Assembly: GCA_038087875.1 (NCBI GenBank) | Contig: CM075989.1 | Location: forward strand, 24,988,001 to 25,052,000 | Direction of reading: 5' to 3' | Source: Malacoraja senta | Taxonomy: Eukaryota | DNA length: 64,000 bases | Shown here: positions 13,003-26,975 of the stretch, one piece after another | How positions within the stretch are numbered: position 1 is the first letter of the stretch | How the letters are laid out: the number at the start of each line of letters is the position of its first letter | The notes under the pieces: generated by a model | The model's input: the letters and a program-made list of their open reading frames with translations, nothing else | What the model was told of the DNA's origin: nothing | The model's database searches: none | Program-made: the position numbers and the translations under genes

Positions 13003-13499
13003 TTCCAACATGGAATGTTGTGGGATAAACCCATGAAGTTGATCTCCGAAATTGTAAACATTTCTCGGTGTAGGGATTCCTGATTTAGCTCCAAGCGTTG
13101 AATAGGAAAGGCCACATTTTCAGATGAATTAGTTGTATCAATTTATCACCATTCCACCTCTTTTACTTGTAAATATTTACCATCCAAAGACCCAGGTTTA
13201 GACTTCCAATTCATCCTACTTGCACTCTCTCAACATAATTCAACCCAAGTTATGAGTAATTTAATGATGATCTATTCTGGTTGATTTGAAAACATGAGAA
13301 TATAAGCGTCTAGGAAACTGATCTACTCGCGCCTATTCTTCTTGTGAAAATCCCAAATGTAAGTGACTTAACCCGGGTTAGATGCCTCAGTGATCTCTCC
13401 AGACCAGATTGGCACAGACTCTTTCATGCCCCGCACATCAGCAACAACGTGGTATCAATGAGTCTCTACAGATTCATCAATAGTGATTCTTGATCCAGC

Positions 13500-14182
13500 A
13501 CACATACCCCGGTATACATTGATGACGCCGAGATAGAGATGGTCGAGAACCTCAAGTTCTTAGGAATAAAAATCAGCAGCAATTTATCCTGGACCATCAA
13601 AGCTCTGGCCTAGTAAGCACACCAAGGCCTCGACTTTGTTAGATGGCTAAGGAGGTTCAGTCTGTCCCCAACTTCTACAGATGTGCTATAGAAAGTATTT
13701 TATCGGGATGTATCACAACATAGTTTGGGAACAGCCCCATCCAAAGCCACAAGAAATTGCAAAGAATTGTGGATGTGACCCAGACCTTCACGCAAACCAA
13801 CCATTGACCATCTCCGGTTCACACTGCATCTGTAAGGCCACCAGCATAATCAAGGACCAGTCACTGCATTTTCTCCTCGCTCCCATCAGGCAAGAGATAA
13901 GTTTGAAAATGCACACCTCCAGATTAAAGGACATTTTCTTCCCAGCTGTAATCAACTTTTGTCCGATCCTCTCCTCATCCTGCCCTCCCACCTACCTCAA
14001 TGGAGAGCTTTGAGCCATTTTTAATCAAACTTTATCTTGCACAAAATGTTATACTCTTTATCTGTACACTGTGCACAGCTTGATTGTAATCATGTCTAGT
14101 CTTTTCTTTGACTGTACACCATGCGACAAAAGCTTTTCACTGTATCTCAGTACACGGCACCATAATTATAAACTAAACTAAT
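13500..14182 (+). mobile_element. Rex1/Babar-like LINE 3' fragment
   Basis: Degenerate VENLKFLGI..I...LSW, KATSIIKDQS, TSRLKDIFFPAVI motifs; (aaact)n tail. Confidence 0.7.
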
Positions 14183-14369
14183 TTTGATTTATTCAATTTG
14201 AATAGATTGCACCACAATTCTTCTTAATAACCTCATATTGCATTTGAAGTTCATAGCATTTGTAGCTAATGTCATCTAATGGTTTTAATCAATGCATTGG
14301 TATTTGTGGAGCATCGAAATTGGGTTTGTTCTAAATACCAAAAATACAATCATGTCTACAAACTGGAGA

Positions 14370-14665
14370 CACGAGGAACTGCAGATACTGGAGTCTCATT
14401 TAGAACACAAAGTGCAGGAGTAACTCAGCAGGTCAGGCAACATCTCTTGAGGACATGCGTTGGTGACATTTCTGAAAAAGCATCCTGACCCAAAACGCTG
14501 CTTATTTGTCTCCGGCGATTCTACCTGGACCCGCTGAGTTACTCCACCACTATGTATATCTACAGGTTTCTACCTGGACCCGCTGAGTTACTCCACCACT
14601 ATGTATATCTACAGGTTTCTACCTGGACCCGCTGAGTTACTCCACCACTTTGTATATCTACAAAC
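14370..14665. repeat. Penelope-like repeat with three tandem 49-bp units
   Basis: ctacctggacccgctgagttactccaccact... at 14521, 14570 and 14619. Confidence 0.75.
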
Positions 14666-15724
14666 TGTCAGGTGACATTTTGGATAATTTTTCCACATCA
14701 TTGTGCTCTCTGCAGCCAATAGTTGATTTATTCAGCTTTTCTGCTTGTTCTTTGCATTTTTAGCACATTACACTGTTGGGGCGTTTACAAAATCATAACA
14801 CCATTGCCTTGGAATGAAGGACGACTCAAACCACTGAATGGGAAGAGACTGAACAACTTCCGATTAATTATTACGGATTAGTTCTGTTTTAACTACACAA
14901 TCCACAATACTTCCCTTCTGAACACTTGTAACCAGGCTGGGAAATGCTTACACCTTTGAAAGCAGTAACATTCCAGGATGCTTGACATTTAAGAACAGTA
15001 AAAAAAGGGAAGAGAGATGAGGCAGTGTTGTTAATAAATAATGATGACAGGGCAGAAGTTAAAAGTATCATGGCATGGTAGTGAATTGGAATCTGCCTGG
15101 GGGAAGCAATGCAGCCACAAGGAAACATTGGTGGAAATTATTCACCAGGGCTTTGAATTTCATATTTCCCCGAGAGCAGAGATGACCATTTGGCCCATTG
15201 AGTCTAGGCCGGACTTTAATTTGGCTGCATTTGGAGTTCTGGTCACCCATTACAGGAAGGATGAGGAGGCGTTTGAAAGGGTGCAGAGCAGAATGGTAGA
15301 CAGACACAAAATGCTGGAGTAACTCAGTGGGACAGGCGGCATCTCTGAAGCGAAGGAATGGGTGACGTTTCAGGTCGAGACCCTTCTTCTCTCGCTGCCT
15401 GGGTTAGAGGGTATTAGCTACAGGGGGGTTGGATAGACTTGCATTGTTTTCGCTGGAATGCCAGGAGACCTGATAGAAGTATGAGAGGCATAGATAGGAT
15501 AAACTGTCACAACCTAATTCCCGGAATGGAAATATCAAATAATAAAGGGATGAGTTTTATAGTGAAAGGTGCAAAGTTGAAGGGAGATGTTCAGGGCATA
15601 TTTTTTAAAAGGGCAATTAGGAATTAGACAGCAAATTGTACGTTGGCCATTATTGCAAGAGGATTGGAAGTAAAAAGTAAGATTTTCTTTCTAAATAATA
15701 CTTATACTACAATCCTCAAGCTAT

Positions 15725-15955
15725 GGAAACAAAGAACTCCAGATGCTCTCGTCTGAAGAAAATATCACCTATCCTTTTTCTCCAGATGCTGCCTGGCCTG
15801 CTGAGTTACTCCAGCACTCTGTGAAATGTCACCTATCCATGTTCCCCACAGATGCTGCCTGACCCACTGAGTTACTCCAGCACTCTGTGAAATGTCACCT
15901 ATCCATGTTCTCCACAGATGCATGACCTGCTGAGTTACTCCAGCACTCTGTGACC
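15725..15955 (+). repeat. Penelope-like repeat with three tandem ~66-bp units
   Basis: Same unit as 5879-6274. Confidence 0.75.
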
Positions 15956-16630
15956 ATCTGGTGAATACCTAAGGTGAGGTTTCCTCAATCTCTCAATTAT
16001 ATAGAGCTTCACGAGGCCAAACCTTATGTCCTGCATGCAATTTTGGTCTCCTTGTCAAAGGAAAGATGCCCCATAGGAGCAGAGCGAGTTTGCACTGGAC
16101 TGGCTGCTGGGTGGCAGGTCTGTTGTGAGGAGAGATCGTGCAGGCTCAGCCTTTATCCTCTCACTTTAGAGTAGTGAGAGGTGACCTCGTTGAAACATAC
16201 AAAATCTTTGAGGCTCAACTGGGTGAATGTATTCCCTGAGGAAGGAGTCTGGAACGAGGGGCCAAGTCTCAAAATAGATGTGTGGGGAAGGGTTTTGTTT
16301 ACAGAGTGGTGGGGGCCTGGAGAGCATTGTGGCCGAGACCATAGTGGTGTTTGAGACAGGCACGTGGAAGACCAGGGAATAGAGGGATGTTGATCATGTA
16401 CAGGCAGATGAGATCAGTGTAACTTGGCAGCATGTGTGGCACAAATATTGCGAGACAAAGGGCTCATTCCTGTGCTGGATTGTCTCATGTTCTATAAGAG
16501 GCTGGGCAAGTGAAGGAAAAATTTCTAACTCAGATGAAACTTTGGCATTCTCTACTTCAGGGAGCAGCAGAGGCTCACTTACTGATTATGTTCAAAACAT
16601 TATTAAAGGATTTAATATTAACATTGTGGG

Positions 16631-16775
16631 CAGTGGCGGACTGGGTCTAAAAATATTGGTTGCCAGGAGACAAAGGGGGCCCACTTCATCAGGGGCTCAC
16701 TTGATATAGGGGGCCCACTTCATCAGGGGCCCACTTGCCATCGGGCAAGCTGACACCCTGGCCAGTCCGCCACTG
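16631..16775. mobile_element. hAT-type MITE, 145 bp
   Basis: 14-bp perfect TIR cagtggcggactgg, 8-bp TSD attgtggg (16623-16630 / 16776-16783), internal ggggcccactt repeats. Confidence 0.9.
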
Positions 16776-18399
16776 ATTGTGGGTGTAGTGTACTAAAATG
16801 ATAGTATGGTGGATCAGCCATGATGTGGAGTGGGAACATGGGCTCAGGAGGCCACTCCTGCTCCAAATTCCAAGGTTCTTATTTCTGCCCACCTAACCGG
16901 CAACTGGCTGGGACATTTACATTCCAATTACACAACTTCTGTTGTTCACCAAGTTGCACTGTATCAGATAAACTTTCCCACCCCCTCCATCAGCAAACAG
17001 CAATCAGAAGCAGGTTTGGTTTGGACTAAAAGACTGGAGTTTAGTGACAGAGCAAACAGTGGCCTCTCTCAGTTTCTGCATCAGATGAGAGGGAGTATTG
17101 AGATGCAAGCTTGAAGAATGAGGAGGCAGATGGTGATTTATATCACACAAATGAAAGGCAGCCTCTGACACTGAGTTCTCTTGCATGTTGAATGCCCTGC
17201 AAGTGCATTTCTGCTGTCATCGACTTCCAGGTCTCCCCAGAGGCTGAGGCTTCTCAGGAAGCTGCTCGCTCCTTGCCTGGTTTCCAGTTGCGATATCATT
17301 TCCCATATCCTAAAACTGGGTGGTTGCACACTAGTCTGCAAAAGAATAGTTCCAATGTTTTTTTTTGTTTTTTTTTGAAACAGGAAGTGTTAAAAGTTCA
17401 CTGCAGCTTGAGCGAGGTCAGCCTATTTGAAATAATAAAGAGCGTGGGGGCGTGGCCTTTCTATTGACCTGTCACCAAAAGATAAACCACCCCTGATGTT
17501 TCCCAAGTTTAAGGGAATTTGGGGTGGTGTAATGTCTGAGACTTTGTTGTTTCCCCAGGGATAACTCTGCTACTTGCTCACAGGTCACATTTCCCCATGG
17601 CAGGTCTCCTTTTTAACTTGACTGCCAAAAGACAAGCTGAACAATCTCATTATTCTCACAGAGAAACACCAACACACACAGAAGCCACTTATTAAAAGTT
17701 GGACACAATGGGCCTCTTACAATTTCTTCTTAACTAATACAGCAAATCCAAGTCAAGTCTCAAACAGCTGGTGAAATACTGGTTATGGTTGTAAGTAGCT
17801 TTGAATGAGGGTCACAGAAAAATAGGCATCCATTTAGGATGATTATGCCCACTGGCAGTCCAAACCACAACAACAAAACCTGAAGAACAATCCTGATTTC
17901 TATGTTTTATATCCCAGGCTTCACAATCTATTTATTTATGTACCACAAAGGTTATTCTTGAGGCTTTGTAAATGTACCAGTTTGACTAAAACTCAGAGAT
18001 ATTGTTCGTAATGAAGGGAAAGTTCAACCAATTTCAGATGTGGCTTAATTTCCAGTTCACACACTGCACCAATGGCCAAGGGTCAAACAACACTCACTCT
18101 CAGCGCAAGTGTACATGTTAGATGAAGGGAATTGGCAAAACAGCGAGAGACATTTCTCTGTTCATAGTACTGGTGTGAATTCATAATCTAGACTGAAATG
18201 TGCACAATATACTGTACGTTAACAGATGTTACAAATTGGCAGCATTGTGAGGAGCAACGCTTATACATCAAGTAGATACAGACAGTTCTGGCCGGTTGAG
18301 GAGAAAAGTGATGAATGGAATTTAGAAGCAAACAATGGTCATGCATTTGATGAAATGTATCTGGGAAAGGGGACACGCAATATAAGCTGAAAAATACAC

Positions 18400-18600
18400 A
18401 AATTGCTGGAGTAACTCATCGCATCAGACAGCATCTCTGGAGAACATAAATGGGCGATGTTTCAGGTCAGGACCCTTCTTCAGAGCCCAAAGAAGGATCT
18501 GGACCAAACATCACCCATCCATGTTCTCCAGAGATGCTGTCTGGTGCACCGAGTTACTCCAGCACTTTTGTATACCAGCATCTGCAGTTCCTTGTTCGTC
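18400..18600. mobile_element. Penelope-like repeat, inverted pair
   Basis: Same family, degenerate centre. Confidence 0.65.
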
Positions 18601-19045
18601 CACAATATAACTGAGTGCATTAAGTGATTATAGAGAAACAAAGGCTTAGCAATATATGCCCAGATTCCTATAGGTTGCTAGATATATATTTATGGTGACG
18701 AAGGCATACAAGATATATTAAAATAAAAACAGAAAATGCCAGAAATACCACATCTGTGGGAAGAGAAGCAGAGTGTGTTTCAGGTTGAAGACCTCTTCCC
18801 ACAGATGCTGCCTGACCTACTGAGCATTTCAAGAATTTTCTGCATTTTAGATTTCCAGCACCTGCATTTTTTTTGTTATTTTCACAGGACACATTCTGTA
18901 ATTAGCCAGAGTATAAAAGTAGCAAAGGTACAGTGGAACTGTCCACAATGTTGGTTAAATCACAAACTGACCACCATTCTCATCACCACAATGCAGAGTT
19001 GTGGACGTAGCCCAGACCATCACACGAACCAACCTCCCTTCCATT

Positions 19046-19245
19046 GACAGACACAAAGTGCTGGAGTAACTCAGCGGGTCAGGCAGCATCTCTGGAGAAA
19101 AGGGATAGGTGACGTCTGAAGAAGGGTTCTGATCCGAAACATCACCCCCATTTTCTCCAGAGATGCTGCCTGATACGCTGAGTTATTCCAGCACTTGATG
19201 CCTATATTCGGCACAAACCAGTATCTGCAGTTCCTGTCTACACAT
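19046..19245. mobile_element. Penelope-like repeat, inverted pair, inserted in a Rex1/Babar fragment
   Basis: ctgaagaagggttctgatccgaaacatc core between inverted arms. Confidence 0.7.
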
Positions 19246-19660
19246 TTTGTCCCTTCCTATTCATTTTGTCCTTTCCATTGATTCCATCTACATCTCACGC
19301 TGCCTCAGCAAGGCTGCCAGCATAATCAAGGACCAGTCTCACCCCGGTCACTCCCTCTTCTCCCCTCTCCCATCTGGCAAGAAATACAGAAGTTTGAAAA
19401 CGCACACCTCCAGATTCAGGGAGTTTCTACCCAGCTGTTATCAGGCAACTGAACCATCCCATCATCAACTAGAGAGCAGTCCAGACCTCCCATCTTCCTC
19501 ATTGGAGACCCTCGAACTATCATCAATGGGATTTTATATTGCACTAAACGTTGTCCCCTTTATCTGTGCACGGAGGGCTTGATAATCATCGCCTTTTTGT
19601 TGATTGGATAGCACACAAACAAAAGCTTTTCACTGTACACGTGACAATAATAAACTGAAC
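19245..19660 (+). mobile_element. Rex1/Babar-like LINE 3' fragment
   Basis: CLSKAASIIKDQSHPGHSLFSPLPSGKKYRSLKTHTSRF. Confidence 0.8.
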
Positions 19661-20564
19661 AGGATAGGTACGAGTGCGCAGGAGAGGGTGCAGTGATTAA
19701 CAAGGATGTTGCAAAAGAGATTGGATAAACTGGGATTGGAACCCAGTCTCAAAGCCAACAATTTATGTATAAAATTACATGGATCAATTCTGCTCACAAG
19801 AGGAATTAAAGAAAATTAACAAATTAAAAATAAAAAGGTAGGTGGATTAGAGGGGGCATGAGGAAATACATTTTCAGCCAGAGGGTGGAGGTGTCCTGGA
19901 GTTTACTGCCTGACGTGGTGGTGGAGGCAGAAACTTGCTGCATTTAAACAGCAGTGGATGGTGTACTGGGGATCAAGGAGCTACAGACAGACACCCTAGG
20001 CCCCAACCACCTACAGGGCTGGAGGCTGTGACTAGGCAATGTAGCTCTTCCTCAATGGCCACTGTGAGCAGGTGGCCTCCTCCTGCCCTGTGATTTATCT
20101 GCAAAGACAAATCATTTCCTATCACGGAGATGCTGGAGAGACAGCCTAATAATCAAACCGTTATCAGCCATGAACATATACGTTTTTCTTTCACCTTTCT
20201 CAACTCCGGAACATTATAAATTACATTTAATAGCAGTAGACAATAATAGTTTTAGTGTCCCATAATTATGGGAAATGCAACAGCCAATTAGTATAGAGCA
20301 AATCAAAATAAACTGTAACTGCTGGAAATCTAAAACAGAAAATGCTTTTCAGGTCTGACGAAGGGTCTTTGACCCAAATGTTGCCTCTGGTTTTCTTTCC
20401 TCACATGCAGCCTGACCTGCTGAGTATTTCCTCTCTGTCTGTTTTCGTGCAGAGCAAGATCCACCACATGTTTTTAAATTATGTTGAGGGATGAATATTG
20501 TCCAGGATAAAGGACTCCTCTTCAATTCAGTGAGCTAGAATATTGCACATGTACCCAAAACAGA

Positions 20565-20745
20565 TGGAGATACAGCATGGAAACAGGCCCATCGGCCCAA
20601 GACCACGCCAACCACTTGTTCTATGTTATCCCATTTTCTCATCCACTCTCTACACACTAAGGTCAATTTACAGAGGCCAATTAAGCAACAAATCCACACA
20701 TTTTGGGAATGTGGGAGGATATTGGAGCACCCACAGGAGACCCAC
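20565..20745 (-). mobile_element. HE1-like SINE, 3' part
   Basis: gagatacagcatggaaacaggccc... tail. Confidence 0.7.
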
Positions 20746-21487
20746 TGTCCCATTGACACTTTAACTAACTACTACACCATCATAGCATGGCATGGTTCAA
20801 ACAGGTTAGTCACATCAACATTGCCTTTTGTAATGTTGGATCCCAATTGCCCACAGGAAATTAAATAGTGCAAGTCCATTGAATAGTGGGTTTATATTAC
20901 ACAACTGTTGTGCTATAAATGCTGTTGTGACACCCATATTCACACGTTCCAGCTAGTTGGTTGGAAGATCTGAGGCTTCCAGGTGAATCATGGGCAAGTA
21001 ATGCAGAGACTGTTTTCTCCTGATCCAAGCAGCCAGCAGCCAAAGCCAGTCTAATCCCTGGCAAACCCCCATTCTATACTGATGCCACAGTTCACTAAGG
21101 AGTCTCCAAGCACAATTACAATTGAGCAAAAAAACATGAAAACCATTTAACTACATTTATTGGACGAGACTGCAGATGCTGGACTCTTGAAGTGTTGTTG
21201 GAAATCTACAGGCCAGGCAGCATCCGTGAAGAGGAACAGACATATAACACTTCAGATCAGGACACTTGTTCAGTGTGAAGATGGGTACCGATCCGAAACG
21301 TCAACTCTCCTCCACAGATGCTGACTGGCCGAGTGGAAAACTAAATTTATTACAATAGAACTTTGTATGCTATTGAAGTAATAGGAATAATAGGAATAGA
21401 ATATTACAGAATAGACCAGAGTAATACAGTTGTTCCATCGCATCACACATCGGTCGCACCTGGAAAGTTAGAATATTAAAATGGAAA

Positions 21488-21832
21488 GACGCAGAGTGCT
21501 GGAGTAACTCAGCGGGTCAGGCAGCATCTGTGGAGAACATGGATAGGTGACGTTTCACAGAGTGCTGGAGTAACTCAGCGGGTCAGGCAGCATCTGTGGA
21601 GAACATAGAGAGGTGACGTTTCAGAGTTGGACAGAGTCTGAAGAAGGGTCCCAACCCAAAACGCCACCTATCCATGTTCTCCAGGGTTGCTGCCTGACCC
21701 GCTGAGTTACCCCAGCACTCTGTGAAACGTCACCTATCCATGTTCTCCAGGGTTGCTGCCTGACCCGCTGAGTTACCCCAGCACTCTGTGTCTTCCCTTG
21801 ATAAACCAGCAACCGTAGTTCTTTGTTTCTAG
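21488..21832. repeat. Penelope-like repeat: two units on minus plus two units on plus around a hammerhead-like core
   Basis: 66-bp units in inverted arrangement around gtctgaagaagggtcccaacccaaaacg. Confidence 0.8.
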
Positions 21833-23159
21833 ACGATTACACATTTCTGAACACATACTCGTGGCCTCGTGCCAATGGGTAATGTGCATGGCAGCCATAA
21901 AAGGTGACCCCAAAAGCATTAGGTCAACTTCTAATAGAGATTGGTGCCAGCACCTTGTATTGCGAGAAATGTTGGTCTCCTTATCTACAAAAAGATGTAC
22001 CACAGGCATACAGCAGACTGGTTTCTGGGAGGTGGGGGGAGAAAGAGGGTCTATTGCGAGGAGAAATCGAGTCGGCCCAGACTTTAATCTCTCACATGGA
22101 GATGAATGACAGGTAACCTGATTGAAACGGTTTGAGGGCTGAAAGGGAGAATGCTACCCCTGATGGAGGACTGTGCCTTTCTACTTAAATCACGAGCAGA
22201 GGGGGGCAGAAATGCAAGCTGCTGTTCCGTTATTCAGCTCATTGGAATCGAAGTAAATTCCTGATCAAAGGCACAAGATGTTACTATGGCTAAAGTTGAA
22301 GCTTGTTAGATGATTAGTTACCAAGAATGCCTTAAACAAAGAATGGACCCATGAGAAGTTGAGAGATTTAGAAAATATGTCATTGGTTGGGTTAAATTCT
22401 GTGATTCCAGAGGTGCAGGTAACGAGATTATAGAGGTGGGAAGATGCAGACACACAGAAGGGTTTGAAATAAACAAGAATCTTGAAATCTTAAGTCAGGC
22501 CATGACCTAACGAGGTCAGGTTGCAACTGGTGAGTGTGAGTGCTGGCTACATGGGCAGGTTCTATGTTGGACTCCGGTCACAGAATCTTCATGCAAGTAC
22601 TTCAAAGTTCAGTAGCTTGCAAGTTAATCGGCTTGGTAAAATTGTAAATTAATCCTAGTGTGTGTCGGACGGTGTTAGTCTGCGGGGATCGCTGGTTGGA
22701 GCGGACTTATTGGGCCAAAGGGCCTGTTTCCATGCGCGATCTCTAAATAAACTAGTAAGAAAGGTGTGGACTTTAGAGGGAGTGAAGTGGGCAGGAGGAA
22801 AATTCCAAGCTCACCAAATAATTGAATGATCCAGTTTTTAATAAATCTGGAAATACAAAGCAAGCATTAGTTGGGTGACGCTGATGTTATCCATGTGGTC
22901 AGAGGAGGAGGAAATCTTTCACTATTACCCAGTGGTGGCTGGGTAATAGTGAATTAGCCCAGTAAACCTCACCCTGAGCTAAAAGACATACACAAAAGGA
23001 AGCACATCCCCGAGTAGTTAGTGGGGTAATAAATGCCAGCCTTATCGGAGATACCAACAACTTGAGATTGAATAAAGGGAAAACAATCTTTAACTCCTTA
23101 ACACATCAGCTGGTTTAAACTGCAATAGAGATACCAGAGATGAAGGGAGTCAAATCGTA

Positions 23160-23420
23160 CCTTTAGAAAGATGAGGAGGAATTTCTTTAGCCAGAGGGTG
23201 GTGAATCTGTGGAATTCATTGCCACAGAGGGCAGTGGAGGCCAAGTTATTGGGTATTTAAAAAAAGCAGAGATTGACAGGTGCTTGATTAGTACGGGTGT
23301 CAAAGGTTACGGGGAGAAGGTAGGAGAATGGGGCCGAGGGGGAAAAATAGTTCAGCCATGATTGAATGGCAGAGTAGACATGATGGGCTGAATGGCCTTA
23401 TTCTGCTCCTATGACTTATG
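23160..23420 (+). mobile_element. CR1 LINE 3' end
   Basis: RRNFFSQRVVNLWNSLP plus 3' UTR. Confidence 0.8.
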
Positions 23421-24556
23421 GACCTACATTTTCAGGCAAAGTACCAACAGAACCAGTGTATGGAGCCACACGAAACAGGAGTAGAAAGGAAAAGTCATTT
23501 TAAAAATATTGTTTATATATCGTTATATGCTTATAGTGCAGCTGTGATAACACACTGATTCAATGGGTAAATGCAAGGCAGCGATTAAGCAACATGCTGC
23601 CACTGCATGTTATCATCAGAGGATAGGTTTTGTCACAAATAATACTCGTACATTACCTGGAATATAACACACTGGTATAGATTCAGTTTACCACCGGGAA
23701 CAATGCACCAGACACCCTTGCCCCCAAAACTCATTCACAATATGTTCTCCGACAGGTAATGGGGCTACACGATGGAACAAAAACTCTGTTAAACACATTT
23801 GACAATAAAAGGCTCATGAGAAACGTAACATTTTAATGTTGAAATAAATACTCCAGCACATGCAAGAAAACTTGACATAGACTTCCATGTCTGGCAAATA
23901 GTGTAAAACTCGGAAAAATAACACTCACAGCAGCTTCATCCCAACTTTTAGAATCGGGACGTGAAAATATCCAGATCACAACTGCACACTTCCTTTCATT
24001 AACACCAGATTCACTTCTCTCTCTCTCTCTCTCGCTATTACCACTTGATTCCACAGAACACACATACCGAACGGAGCTACATTCCATCCCGCTGTCAATG
24101 TGCGAGTGTGTGTGTGTTTAAAATGTAAATTGAGGTAAAAACCCTTTCTAAACCATAATGGCCATTGAGTTGATATGATTTATCATTCAGTCTTTGCAAT
24201 GAAGATGAAATATCCGGAAGACTGACTTTGAACCGTACCCAGCACGATTTAGTCCTTGTAGTTCGTTGAATTGTCTGTCCTAATTACCTACGACCTCTAG
24301 AAAGTTGAGAAGTCTATATTGTGTGGGTCAGGGTAGTGGAATGAACTGGAGACAGCTCTTTCAAAGAGCTGTCACAGGCACGATGGGCTGAATGGCCGCT
24401 TGCTGCGCCGGTTTTCGTGAAGTGCAGACGGTTCGGTTCCCCCCCCCCCTGCCCCATGGACACACATACACACACACACATATACACCCCGCCTGTGCCC
24501 GAGGATGCGTTGGTATCAGGAGGGAACAGGGTGTCTTGTTCTGAGCGGGTGGGTGG

Positions 24557-25687
<1,131 letters not shown>

Positions 25688-26894
25688 TCAGCCCAGTATC
25701 CCTCTCTGCCCGCATCATCGTTCCATCAAAGGGGCAGAATCGGGGAAGAAAATAACCGAAGTAAAAAATCGCTGCCTTCTTTCACCCAGAGACGAGCTGA
25801 AGCGATGGAAGCCAAGCAGGGATGCTTCGCAAACAAGTGTTCAGTTCCTTTCGGCTGCACAGTCAGACGTGCGTGTCCTGTGAGTCGGAGCCCACCACCT
25901 TCCGCCCTTGGACATTGCTGGGTACCTTGTCTCACGCCGAGAATCCTCTTCACTCACTCACTCACTCTCGCTCGCGTTGCTTTCAGCGGAAGGGAATTAA
26001 AAGCACCCTTTCCAAAGGTGCAGCGACCCACTTTTCACAGGCCTTATTTCGCCAATAATCCGGACTTCAGGGAGAATTAAAACTCCCATACACAAAACCT
26101 CCTGGCCCTTCTTGTCACAGGCGTTTCTCGTTCGATCATTCAGATTTTACGTGAGGGGGGAGGAAAGGGCCGCTTAAAAATAACCCCCAAAAAGTTAGCG
26201 TCATTTGCAAAAATAAAGACCCGGCAACAGCACTAATTCCAGCGGGTCGTGTTGAGTTGGAATGGCAGAATCAGCCAGGAGTCGGCATCTCTCCTATCAG
26301 GAAGCTCACGGAGGGTGTGGCTGTTCTCGCACTGGCCGCCTGTTCAGCGCCGAAAGAGCCAACGGTAGTTTAAGGGGTAAGTTTTCCAATTTCAGCGCCA
26401 CAGGGTAACCGCTCCGAACGGTCAGGATGTGCCCATCGGAAGCATCCGGTACATCAACCTCCTTCACTCCACAAGCGGGGAATAAACCGCCTCGCTTTCC
26501 TAGTGAGCGCTCGGCATGAACGCGCCGTGATCTGCGATCCTTCCTGAGGCCCCAACGTGGGCGCTCGCAGCTGCTGCCGGCCTGAGCTCGGGGTTACACG
26601 GCTGCTGCCGAGCGCTCATGTTGATCCACGGGCAACCATGCTGGGGCCGAGGGTGTGGTCACTGTGTGAGCTGCGCTCTCTCTCTCTCTCTCTCTTCCCC
26701 GGTCCGCCCCGCTCTGGCCGTCCTCTCCTCCCGCTCTGGCCACCCTCTCTCCCCCGGTGTGGCCGTTCTCTCTGGCCCGTCTCTCCCCGCTGTAGCCGCT
26801 CTCTCCCCCCGCTCTCTCTGTCTCTCTCTCCCCCACCCGGCTCCGGCATCAATCGGCGGCGCTGGCGGAACGGATACAGTGAGATTGTTACAGC

Positions 26895-26975
26895 GGCCGG
26901 CGGCCAATGGGCGGGCGCAGCGTCACTGACAAGCTGCCACATGGAGGGTGGATACACCGCGCCCGCCAATGGCAG
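26895..26975. promoter_or_regulatory. Candidate TLNRD1 core promoter: two CCAAT boxes and GC-box-like motifs
   Basis: ggCCAATgggcgggcgc (~26902) and cgcccgCCAATggc (~26960) at the upstream end of the island. TSS not determinable from sequence. Confidence 0.55.
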
